From: Bdellovibrionales bacterium | Lineage (GTDB): Bacteria; Bdellovibrionota; Bdellovibrionia; Bdellovibrionales; JAGQZY01 | Length of the DNA: 64,000 bases | Assembly: GCA_964229765.1 (NCBI GenBank) | Contig: CAXREJ010000053.1 | Location: 121,129 to 185,128, forward strand | Direction of reading: 5' to 3' | In this document: in pieces, positions 24,418 to 33,178 of the stretch | Numbering within the stretch: position 1 is the stretch's first letter | Layout: each line of letters starts with the position of its first letter | Position numbers and translations under genes: made by a program | The notes under the pieces: model-generated | Seen by the model: the letters and a program-made list of their open reading frames with translations, nothing else | Database searches by the model: none | What the model was told of the DNA's origin: nothing

Positions 24418-26623
24418 TAGAGCCTCCAATCAATTTGAGAGCCGCTTCTACGATTGACTCTTTTGACGGCAATCCTGCTGTTGCTGCAGGCCCCAGAGGT
24501 ATAAAACAATCGGCTGCTGCATGAATGTTATATTGAATTTGCGGCAAACTCATTGCCAACTCAGAGATGACGGACTCAGCAAAAGAACCGGTTTTACGAC
24601 ACTCTTCTACAAACAAAACATGGGTTTTGTTTTTTAACTTTTTCTTTAAGTTCTCTAGGTCGAGCGGGGCAATCCATTTTAAATCAATAACTTGAGAAGA
24701 GATGTTGTGCTTATCTTTTAGAATTTTCTGGGCTTGCAGTGAGTAATAGGTTCCATTGCCATAAGTGAGGATTGTGAAATCACTCTCGCCAAAAACACTC
24801 ATTTCCCCCAGTGGAGAAAATTGGTCAGGATCGGGGTAAGGGTGACTCCACAACTTATCCCCTTCTTCGTGAAGGTCGCGAGTCATATATAAAGCGATGG
24901 GTTCTATAAAAACCGAAACTCTCCCCTCTTCATGGGCCATTTTTATACAAGTTCTTAGCATTTTTACAGCATCGGCTCCATGGCTGGGAACAGCAATGAT
25001 TAATCCGGGGATATCTCTAAATACAGCTAAAGAATTGTCGTTATGAAAATGGCCGCCAAACCCTTTTTGATAAGCAAGGCCTGCTACTCGAATAACCATG
25101 GGATTTGAGTATTGTCCTTTGGAAAAAAACGCAAGAGTGGCCGCTTCTCCTCGGATCTGATCTTCAGCATTATGAACATAGGCTAAAAATTGAATTTCAG
25201 GAATCGGTAAAAAATTATTATGAGCCAGTCCTATCGCCGCTCCTAAAATGGATTGCTCATCAAGAGGCGAGTTGAAAACTCTTCTGGATCGAAAGCGATT
25301 TTTTAAATTGTCTGTGACATGGTAAACGCCTCCTTTTTGAGCCACATCCTCTCCGAAAACCACGGTTTGAGGATATTGTAACATGATGTCTGTTAGTCCC
25401 CAGTTAATAAGCTTTGCCATATGCTGAGGAACCTGTAGCTTTGAATACTCTCGTTCAAAAATCTTTTCTCGTTCACTCTCACTAGCTAAGGGCTGAGGTG
25501 GTTTCTTGTGGTCACAGGCGGTGATTGAGTTTGCAACCTCTTCAATTGTTTTAAGAGGTTCGCGGATAACAACTTCATTGGAAATATTTTTAATGCGTTC
25601 GCGCGTACTATGGTAAAGATTCAAAATTTCTTCACTCGACAAAAGATTGTTTTCTATAAGGAGTCTTGCCGAGTGAAGTATGGGGTCATTTTTTTCAGTG
25701 TCTTTAATTTGTGTAAGACTGTGATAGTTGGATTCCACGTCAGAACCCGCATGGCCCAATAATCGAATGGTTTTCATGCGAATAAAAACGGGTTTTTTGC
25801 GATTTCTCGCAAAAGTAGCCGCTTGTTTACATGTTTGATAGACATCAATTAAATTGAGTCCATCACATTCTAAATAGAGAAGACTGGGGCGATCGGAAAA
25901 GTTTCTTTTGATCCAGTCGTTAGGAGTTTTGACAGAAATGCCTAAGCCATTATCTTCACAGAAAAAAACAAGAGGAAGTTTAATGTTTTGGTATGCAATC
26001 CAGGAGGCTGTATTGATGGCTCCGAGGGCTGTGGAGTGATTCGCTGAAGCGTCCCCAAAACTACAAAGAGCCACACTGTCATGGGGTAAATAAGGAGTGA
26101 GGTTTAAATCTTTAGATTTAGAAATGGAAAGGGCCGCTCCCACCGCTTTAGGGAGATGAGAAGAGATGGTGCTTGTTTGTGGTGGAATAAATAGTTCTTT
26201 TGAGCCAAAAACCTTGTGACGACCTCCAGAGATGGGGTCTTCTTTTGAAGCCATAAAAGATAATAGAAGGTCATATAAAGGAGTGGTTCCTCCCTTTTTC
26301 TTAGCTCTTTGAATAAAAAAAGCACCACTACGATAATGGAGAAAGGCTATGTCGCTCACTTCAAAGGCCTTAGCAAAAGCCGCATTGCCTTCGTGGCCAG
26401 AGCTACCGATGGTATAATAACACAAGTTTTCTTTTTTTAATTCCCGAGCTCTTAAGTCAAGAAGGCGACTCATCACTTGAGTTTCAAAAAGATCAATTAA
26501 TTCACTACTCGAAAGAGAGGATCCAGAAAATTCCCAATGAGTTCGAGCCTCTGGAAAGGTTCCTTGCCGAACGGATTTAATAAAATTTTTGTCTACGACT
26601 TCAGCACGATTGAATGTACTCAC
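24410..26623 (-). CDS. Fused E1 alpha-beta component of a 2-oxoacid (branched-chain-type) dehydrogenase, TPP-dependent
   Basis: 737 aa with a GTG start. The N-terminal half has a TPP motif (FGDASANHSTALGAINTASW....FCEDNGLGIS). The C-terminal half is transketolase-pyrimidine/E1-beta-like (VVFGEDVAQKGGVYHVT, FNSPLDEQSILGAAIGLA). Confidence 0.8.
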   Translation of the reverse strand: MSTFNRAEVVDKNFIKSVRQGTFPEARTHWEFSGSSLSSSELIDLFETQVMSRLLDLRARELKKENLCYYTIGSSGHEGNAAFAKAFEVSDIAFLHYRSGAFFIQRAKKKGGTTPLYDLLLSFMASKEDPISGGRHKVFGSKELFIPPQTSTISSHLPKAVGAALSISKSKDLNLTPYLPHDSVALCSFGDASANHSTALGAINTASWIAYQNIKLPLVFFCEDNGLGISVKTPNDWIKRNFSDRPSLLYLECDGLNLIDVYQTCKQAATFARNRKKPVFIRMKTIRLLGHAGSDVESNYHSLTQIKDTEKNDPILHSARLLIENNLLSSEEILNLYHSTRERIKNISNEVVIREPLKTIEEVANSITACDHKKPPQPLASESEREKIFEREYSKLQVPQHMAKLINWGLTDIMLQYPQTVVFGEDVAQKGGVYHVTDNLKNRFRSRRVFNSPLDEQSILGAAIGLAHNNFLPIPEIQFLAYVHNAEDQIRGEAATLAFFSKGQYSNPMVIRVAGLAYQKGFGGHFHNDNSLAVFRDIPGLIIAVPSHGADAVKMLRTCIKMAHEEGRVSVFIEPIALYMTRDLHEEGDKLWSHPYPDPDQFSPLGEMSVFGESDFTILTYGNGTYYSLQAQKILKDKHNISSQVIDLKWIAPLDLENLKKKLKNKTHVLFVEECRKTGSFAESVISELAMSLPQIQYNIHAAADCFIPLGPAATAGLPSKESIVEAALKLIGGSNE

Positions 26624-26792
26624 CTCAAGGACTCCTTTCGGACTTTACATGATGCATAAGTTTTAATGCTTATAGGCAAGAATCCTATTTTCACTTATCC
26701 TCATACAGCACGCAATGCCATTCTTTCAAATCAATGTTAAGATGGCAAATAAACTGATGAGGAAGACACTCTAAAGGTGTAAAGGAGTCTCG

Positions 26793-27959
26793 ATGGCCGC
26801 TTATGAATCTTTAAATTATATGGATTTTGATAGTCTATTAACAGAAGAAGAACTTATGGTTCGGAACACTGTGCGAGAGTTTGCAACTAAAGAAATTATT
26901 CCTCGCTTGCAAGACTGTCACAGAGAAGAAAAGTTTCCCATGGATTTGGTGCCACAATTTGCAGAGCTGGGTTTGTTTGGTTCGACAATCAAGGGTTATG
27001 ACTGCCCTGGTCTAGGTGATGTTTCTTACGGTCTTTTGATGCAAGAGCTGGAGCGTGCCGATTCAGGCGTCCGCTCTTTTTGCTCAGTTCAAGGGGCCCT
27101 TGTGATGTCCCCTATTTATGCTTTTGGTTCTGAAGAACAAAAACAAAAATACCTTCCTAAAATGGCTAAAGGTGAAATGATTGGTTGCTTTGGGTTAACT
27201 GAGCCTGATGCGGGATCCAACCCTGGTGGAATGTTAACCACCGCTGAAAAAGTCAGTGGTGGTTATAAACTCAATGGAAATAAAATGTGGATAACCAATG
27301 GATGTGTGGCTGATGTCGCTGTTGTTTGGGCTAAGCTTGATGGTAAAGTCAGAGGTTTTATTGTTGAAAAAGGCACAAAGGGATTTAGTACTTCCACAAT
27401 GAAGGGGAAGTTTTCCCTGCGAGTGAGCACCACCAGTGAGCTGCACATGCAAGACTGTGTTGTTCCTGAGGATGCCATTCTTCCAGGAGTAGAAGGTCTT
27501 CGTGGGCCATTGAGTTGTTTAACACAGGCTCGCTATGGCATAGCCTGGGGTGTTTTAGGGGCTGCGAACACTTGCTATCATGAAGCTCTTAATTACGCTA
27601 AAGAGAGAACCATCTTTACAAAACCTCTTGCTGGATATCAATTGGCTCAAGCTAAGCTAGTTAAAATGGTTCAAGAGATTACCAAAGGACAATTGCTAGT
27701 TTTACAGTTAGGGCGTTTAAAAGAAAGAGGTGAAATGCATCCTCATCAAGTATCTTTGGCTAAGATGAATAATTGTCGTATGGCATTGGATGTGGCTAGA
27801 GAAGCTCGTGATATGTTGGGCGGTAATGGAATCATAGATGAGTACCCTGTGATCAGACATATGATGAACCTCGAAACGGTGAACACTTATGAAGGAACTG
27901 AGGATATTCATCGACTGGTCGTTGGTCTGGAAGTGACTGGAATTGAAGCTATCCGCTAG
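26793..27959 (+). CDS. gcdH: Glutaryl-CoA dehydrogenase (acyl-CoA dehydrogenase family)
   Basis: 388 aa. Motifs GCFGLTEPDAGSNPGGM, KMWITNG and SLAKMNNCRMALDVAREARDMLGGNGIIDEYPVIRHMMNLETVNTYEGTEDIH are GCDH-like. Confidence 0.85.
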   Translation: MAAYESLNYMDFDSLLTEEELMVRNTVREFATKEIIPRLQDCHREEKFPMDLVPQFAELGLFGSTIKGYDCPGLGDVSYGLLMQELERADSGVRSFCSVQGALVMSPIYAFGSEEQKQKYLPKMAKGEMIGCFGLTEPDAGSNPGGMLTTAEKVSGGYKLNGNKMWITNGCVADVAVVWAKLDGKVRGFIVEKGTKGFSTSTMKGKFSLRVSTTSELHMQDCVVPEDAILPGVEGLRGPLSCLTQARYGIAWGVLGAANTCYHEALNYAKERTIFTKPLAGYQLAQAKLVKMVQEITKGQLLVLQLGRLKERGEMHPHQVSLAKMNNCRMALDVAREARDMLGGNGIIDEYPVIRHMMNLETVNTYEGTEDIHRLVVGLEVTGIEAIR

Positions 27960-28024
27960 ATTAAGGTACTAATAATAAATAATCCTTATTTAACATAATT
28001 AAAACAATTCAACAGATGTGCCGA

Positions 28025-28052
28025 GATGAGACATATGAAAATGTGTCTCATC
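28025..28052 (+). promoter_or_regulatory. 9-bp perfect hairpin enclosing all three candidate start codons of the next gene
   Basis: GATGAGACA (28025-28033) pairs with TGTCTCATC (28044-52), with loop TATGAAAATG. The ATGs at 28026, 28035 and 28041 lie in the stem or loop. Confidence 0.4.
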
Positions 28053-28964
28053 GTTCTATTTTTATGCCCCCTCCTCTTTTCTTGTGGAAAAGAACAGGGT
28101 GATATTCTGTCGGTGAATTCCTCTTCTGAAAACACCCTCACTCCTGTGCAAATCATAACTCTCGGGGGAGATACCAATCACAGAGGTGTTACTTTATATG
28201 ATGAGAATGGATCCTTTCTGTCGGCTTTTAATTTTAGAGCCGAAGGGGCCACTCCTAGAAATTTAGTTCAATGGTCTGAAGACTCTGTCTTGATCTCATT
28301 GGATGTCACTGACTCTGTTTATGAACTTTCCTTTGATGGCACAAAAAACTTATTTCACGGTTCAAACCAACTCAATGGGAATATTTATGGTATAGCCGTT
28401 GACTCCCAAAGTTTTGTTTATGTGGTAGAAAGTAATAGAATTGAAGTGTTCGACTCTAATGGAAATCGTGATGGTTCAAAACTTATAAACACAACTGTTG
28501 GTGGCTGTACTCTATCTAATCCACGTGGAATTTTTATGAACTCCTCTGATCAACTTTATGTTTTGAATCAGGGAGGTGCGGATAATCTACTTATTTATGA
28601 TGTTTCTGGAAGTGCTGCGACTTGTGTGAGTTCTCAAGCCATTGGAAATAATCCTTATTCTTTAGTGATGCACTCGAATGGATATCTTTATATTACAACT
28701 CAAGCCGATGATCGTGTCTATCGCGCTGATCTCGATGGATCAAACCTGCAAGTCGTTTGGGATACAGATACATCTTTAATAAATAATCCAACTGGTATAG
28801 CTGAACTTCCTAACGGAGACCTTATTGTCGCTTCTTCGCAAACTGATTCGGTTGAGAGAATCACCACTTCGGGAGTGCGGGTTGGAAACTCGCCATTTAT
28901 CGAGGACTCTTTGAGTCTCAATCTACAAGATATCATTGTAGTGGGTGGAAGTGATGCGCAGTAA
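28026..28964 (+). CDS. NHL-repeat / beta-propeller lipoprotein
   Basis: Lipobox LLFSC|GK. Repeated units such as YVVESNRIEVFDSNGN, LYVLNQGGADNLLIYD, LYITTQADDRVYRADLDG and LIVASSQTDSVERI fit NHL-type propeller blades. Confidence 0.6.
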   Translation: MRHMKMCLIVLFLCPLLFSCGKEQGDILSVNSSSENTLTPVQIITLGGDTNHRGVTLYDENGSFLSAFNFRAEGATPRNLVQWSEDSVLISLDVTDSVYELSFDGTKNLFHGSNQLNGNIYGIAVDSQSFVYVVESNRIEVFDSNGNRDGSKLINTTVGGCTLSNPRGIFMNSSDQLYVLNQGGADNLLIYDVSGSAATCVSSQAIGNNPYSLVMHSNGYLYITTQADDRVYRADLDGSNLQVVWDTDTSLINNPTGIAELPNGDLIVASSQTDSVERITTSGVRVGNSPFIEDSLSLNLQDIIVVGGSDAQ

Positions 28965-29598
28965 GTTGATTTTGCTTTTCATTCTTTTTCCCTTAAGCAC
29001 TTTTGCAACCACTCAAAATGGGATTGGTTTAGAGTTAGGATTGGGGTATCCACAAGTACAACTCTCTGACGATGGGCAAAGAGCTCTTTACAGTGGTGTG
29101 GGAGTACAAGGTACAGCTTTATTTCCATTGCTCGATTATGGCAGTTTCTCTACCGATTTAGAAGTGAGTTACACTTATTACTCTTTAGAGAATAATAACG
29201 AAAGTGCACTCGTTAAGGAATGGAGTCATTACAGTGCCTTTGGCAGTGGTTTAAGGTTCAATCTTTCCTATTTATTTGTGGGATTAAATTACGCTTTTGC
29301 AAATAGTAAGCATTTACAAAGTGGCTCTAGTGGCGTGAATATCGAGTATGAGTTTAATCCTTTTGTTTGGCATGCAGGACTGGCTCTTCCCCTTTCTCCA
29401 CTCACGGCTTTAGTCATCGGCTATTCTGGCAACTTCCAAGGAGATATTTCTGTGGATGGAAGCGATTTAAAGTTTAATGATCAAACCGTGTGGGTACGGT
29501 TTCAGATAGATTTTGGAGTGAGCTTTCTGAATCTTCTCACTCCAGGTCAATCTTTTGAAAAAACACGAGACAGTTTTTTTCCCCAAGGAAATTTCTAG
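28954..29598 (+). CDS. Small outer-membrane beta-barrel-like protein
   Basis: Start placed at ATG 28954 (overlaps the upstream gene by 11 nt). Signal peptide LFILFPLSTFA|TT, alternating strands and a C-terminal Phe. Confidence 0.5.
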   Translation: MRSKLILLFILFPLSTFATTQNGIGLELGLGYPQVQLSDDGQRALYSGVGVQGTALFPLLDYGSFSTDLEVSYTYYSLENNNESALVKEWSHYSAFGSGLRFNLSYLFVGLNYAFANSKHLQSGSSGVNIEYEFNPFVWHAGLALPLSPLTALVIGYSGNFQGDISVDGSDLKFNDQTVWVRFQIDFGVSFLNLLTPGQSFEKTRDSFFPQGNF

Positions 29599-29606
29599 GT
29601 TTTAAT

Positions 29607-30767
29607 TTAAAATGTCTCTTGGATAACGCGACTCAAAGTTTTCCCCATATCCGCTGAAATTGAAATTCCTTGGAAAATATAGGTTTCTCCAAAATCAATT
29701 TCGTCATCAATAATAACGCGATGAGAAGTTCTTAATACATTATCACTGGTAGTAATGAACTCGGAGCCATCACTTCTTTTCACTAGAGCCTGAGCTGTCG
29801 CTGGTATATCTGTTTCCCAGGTGACAATAGCCAGCCCCTCGCCAATATCTTGAACTTTAAAATCAGTGATTTTTGGATTGGTTCCTTCGGTGCAAGGGTT
29901 AAAGATCTCCTTTAAGGGAAGATTCCAATTAGAGGCTGCAATAGGTTGCCAACCTCTTAATAGCATATCGGTATAAGTCTTTGTCGCTAAAGAGTTGTTA
30001 TTAGGATCAAAGAAGCGATGATTGCCAGAACGTCCACACTCCCCTTCACTTCGAGTCCCTGCATCCACTTTTCTCCAAAGAGGAATTAAAGAGATGTGAA
30101 AGCGTGGCCCTTGATAGTACTCAATTTGAACATCCATTGTTGTATCGTGGTCAAAATGAACGGTATCACCACAACCCATTTTAGTTTCGTGATCGCCGTC
30201 ATTGTTAACCACAATTTTTTGAACTCCATCGATATCTGTGAACTTCATAATAGTTCCATCATCTGACAAAAGTGCTAACTCGTACTCGCCCTCTTCATCT
30301 TCAGGGCTGAGTTTTAGAACGGATTTAAATCTTAGAGCAAAATATTCTATCAATTCATTTCCGGCGTCGTCTTTGATCACCTCACCGGTTTGTGATGGAA
30401 AGCCAGAATCAAACATTCGTGTGGGGATATTGAGATCTGTAAAGAAAAGCTCTTGCGTAGAAGCAGTTCCGTATTGGAAATAGTCTTCTAAACGATTGTA
30501 ATGTGGCTGAGTACTATCAAGATAAAAGAGTTCAGCAATCAAACCAGCTTGACTGTTATTATTACCACCGCCCCCCATAGGGTCACACACAACTTTATTA
30601 AGTGCGTGTTTATTGACATCATAGGGATGAAGATTAACGCTTTCCTCTGTGTTTTCAGAGAGGTTGTTTTGCGAATTAATAGAGTCATTGGAGCAAGCCG
30701 CTATCAATAAGATAAAAGAAAGAGTCATTGCTTTATGAAAACCCTTCTTTAAGTTTTGTTTTAGCAT
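29607..30767 (-). CDS. PA14-domain lipoprotein with C-terminal FN3/Ig-like domain
   Basis: Lipobox LLIAAC|S. PA14 pattern (GLIAELFYLD...FALRFKSVLKL...GEYELALLSDDGTIMKF...IEYYQGPRFHISLIPLW). The C-terminus ITDFKVQDIGEGLAIVTWETDIPATAQALV is FN3-like. Confidence 0.65.
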   Translation of the reverse strand: MLKQNLKKGFHKAMTLSFILLIAACSNDSINSQNNLSENTEESVNLHPYDVNKHALNKVVCDPMGGGGNNNSQAGLIAELFYLDSTQPHYNRLEDYFQYGTASTQELFFTDLNIPTRMFDSGFPSQTGEVIKDDAGNELIEYFALRFKSVLKLSPEDEEGEYELALLSDDGTIMKFTDIDGVQKIVVNNDGDHETKMGCGDTVHFDHDTTMDVQIEYYQGPRFHISLIPLWRKVDAGTRSEGECGRSGNHRFFDPNNNSLATKTYTDMLLRGWQPIAASNWNLPLKEIFNPCTEGTNPKITDFKVQDIGEGLAIVTWETDIPATAQALVKRSDGSEFITTSDNVLRTSHRVIIDDEIDFGETYIFQGISISADMGKTLSRVIQETF

Positions 30768-31028
30768 AAAACCTCCGCGCTCGAAGCTTTTTATATCTTA
30801 GCTTAAAAATAAAAAAACGCTTAGATTTTAATGATTTATCCTAATTTAAGATAATAGGATTTAGACAAAAAATAGATTTTTCGATGGGTCTCATAATAAA
30901 ATAGACATTTTTTTAAAGAAACAGCCTCAGCTTTAGAAAGCGAATGGATCCTTTTTATTTTTTAAATTAGTCTTCGCGAGAATAGGTTCAGTCATTTGGA
31001 GACGCATCGCATACCCAAAACATGACAG

Positions 31029-31739
31029 TCACCAAACTTTTCTTCTTATGAAAACAATAAGCCAAACTAGAAAAACAAAAATAAAATCTCCGCTTAATCC
31101 TTTTAAAGACAAGAAAGGTTGATTGTGATTAGGAGTTCCCGCTAAAGCCGAGCAGCCACCAAAAAGAAGTAAATTAGGATCTGTAGGATATAAATAACGA
31201 ACTCCATCTTTATCATCCTCAGAGAGGCTAGAAGGTAAGAACCAGTCATGATTTCGATAGGTCATAACTGAGGCGGGATCGTCACTATGGTGAAGCCCTA
31301 AAGCATGACCCATTTCGTGAACAAGAGTGCTCTCGATCGCCCCAGGTAGGTAGCCCCCAGGAACCAAGGTGTTGGCATTTAAAGCAATGGCAGCAGAACC
31401 ATTCTCCTCTGAATTAAAGGTAATTCCATTGGCATTACCCAACGGAAAGCAGCCAACCAAAATTTCACCTGGATTTGGAGTGTCCATAACATTTCTTGAG
31501 ACCTCTCCTCCCTTTTTTAATATAAGAGAGCTTCCAGGAATTTCATTCCACCAAGTTATTGTTGTGCTAATGGCTGAAGATAATTCTTCGTCAGAAACTC
31601 CATTGGCTCGACAAGCACCATTGGCAATATTAACTGTTGTATTAGAAGGGTCAGAGAGTCTATAGCCAGGACTAATTAGAACAAAAGCCATTGTAGGCTG
31701 TGAAATTAAAGTGAAGAGAAGGCTAAGTAAAAAAATCAT
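31029..31739 (-). CDS. Matrixin-type (M10) zinc metalloprotease with C-terminal hydrophobic/basic tail
   Basis: Signal peptide present. HExxHxxGxxH (HEMGHALGLHH) plus Met-turn (ASVMTY). The tail is GGCSALAG...FIFVFLVWLIVFIRRKVW. Confidence 0.8.
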   Translation of the reverse strand: MIFLLSLLFTLISQPTMAFVLISPGYRLSDPSNTTVNIANGACRANGVSDEELSSAISTTITWWNEIPGSSLILKKGGEVSRNVMDTPNPGEILVGCFPLGNANGITFNSEENGSAAIALNANTLVPGGYLPGAIESTLVHEMGHALGLHHSDDPASVMTYRNHDWFLPSSLSEDDKDGVRYLYPTDPNLLLFGGCSALAGTPNHNQPFLSLKGLSGDFIFVFLVWLIVFIRRKVW

Positions 31740-32383
31740 TAAAAATACCCCGTTAATGCAATTTGGTAGGACCAGGTTGCTTTATCTGAGTCTAAAATTT
31801 CAAAAAGAAAGAGAGAGAATCTTAAGCCCCAATTGACTCCACCCCCAAAACCATCTTGGTAGCCAGTGTCTGAGCTGAATAGAGAACTCGCTCCTCCAAA
31901 ACTGGGTTCAAAAAAATAGTAATCCATCCCAAGATCAAGACTTGTCGAGTAAGATGTGGAGGTGGATCCTGGTCTATAAGCGGTATCAAATCCTGATCCG
32001 TTGGGAACGGTCACAGCTCCTCCCTCCCCTTTGATACTTCTCATAAAGTTCCCTATTCCGTAGCGAAACTTTAAACGCTGACTCCAGCTGGGATTATAGA
32101 AAAAGTCGAAAAGTATAAAAACAGAATAGGATGTGTACTTTCCATAACTATCATCAGAACCTAAAATATGGTGAATGTATCCAAGTTGCGGAGACATCTC
32201 CCAACCATCAAAGAGGAAAAAATTGTGCCCGATAGCAAGATTCGGACTTAAGGAGGCTGCGGTTTTACTGCCAGAAGAATCTTGCACAGCATTTCGATGC
32301 TGAAAACCACCGAGCGAGGCATGAAAACCATGGGATATATGTGTAATGGAAAGGAGAATTAGTATAAGTCCAATTCTTAGCAT
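31739..32383 (-). CDS. Small outer-membrane beta-barrel-like protein
   Basis: 214 aa with a signal peptide. Aromatic-rich alternating strands and C-terminal GYF. TAATG overlap with the matrixin gene. Confidence 0.5.
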   Translation of the reverse strand: MLRIGLILILLSITHISHGFHASLGGFQHRNAVQDSSGSKTAASLSPNLAIGHNFFLFDGWEMSPQLGYIHHILGSDDSYGKYTSYSVFILFDFFYNPSWSQRLKFRYGIGNFMRSIKGEGGAVTVPNGSGFDTAYRPGSTSTSYSTSLDLGMDYYFFEPSFGGASSLFSSDTGYQDGFGGGVNWGLRFSLFLFEILDSDKATWSYQIALTGYF

Positions 32384-32452
32384 ATGTAGATAATATGCCT
32401 AAGAGGGATTAAAAAGAATCGCGGATCAAAATTCAAGCCTTAGGTAAGTGAT

Positions 32453-33178
32453 TTAAGTATGACTGTGCTTTGCAAAGTACTTATTCACCCAAGGGCGACA
32501 TTCACGGTTGATAATTTCAATGGTGAGCTTGTGTTGACCATCAATCGTCGTAATTCTCACATCAGATCCTCTTCTTTTAAAAGGACAAAGATGAGCGAGT
32601 TTTTCTAAATCTTTTCTGGAAATGGAATCAGTGGGTATGCTGATTAAAATGGAAGGCCCCCCTTTTTTGGAATGAACCTCAAAAGGACTCTGTAATATAT
32701 GGTAATTTGGAATAAAAGTTTTTGAACCTGTTTTAGATTGAATTTGAGTATTAAAGGGACCAATAGCTAAGACCTCGCCTTCAAGAGAGCCAATACTCAT
32801 ATAATCACCCACCCTCAATTCTCCTCTCATAGCAATAAAAAGTGAGCTTAATATGTTTCTTGCAGGTTCAATTAGAGAGAAACCAAAAATAACACTAAAG
32901 ATTACAAAAAAGAGGAGCGAAACAAATAAAGAGTTTTGAGAGACCGTGGTGAGGCCATAGAGAAATATAACTCCAGGAACTATAAAAGTTGTAATATTTA
33001 AAACTTGATAAAATAGGGTTCTCTTCTCAAGTGCTCCAGAGTTGCCCATAATAATGAAGAAGCGTCTTAACAAAAAATAGCTGGCGCCAGAAAATACAAT
33101 AAAAAAGCCAATTTGAAAAAAAGAGGCCACTTGTAAGGAGAGTTCAGGAAAGTCCATAGCTAGTGAATTATCATTCAT
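32453..33178 (-). CDS. Small MscS-family mechanosensitive channel
   Basis: 241 aa with three N-terminal TM helices, then the MscS beta-domain pattern (LRVGDYMSIGSLEGEVLAIGPFNTQIQSKTGSKTFIPNYHILQSPFEV). 4-nt overlap with the upstream giant gene. Confidence 0.65.
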   Translation of the reverse strand: MNDNSLAMDFPELSLQVASFFQIGFFIVFSGASYFLLRRFFIIMGNSGALEKRTLFYQVLNITTFIVPGVIFLYGLTTVSQNSLFVSLLFFVIFSVIFGFSLIEPARNILSSLFIAMRGELRVGDYMSIGSLEGEVLAIGPFNTQIQSKTGSKTFIPNYHILQSPFEVHSKKGGPSILISIPTDSISRKDLEKLAHLCPFKRRGSDVRITTIDGQHKLTIEIINRECRPWVNKYFAKHSHT

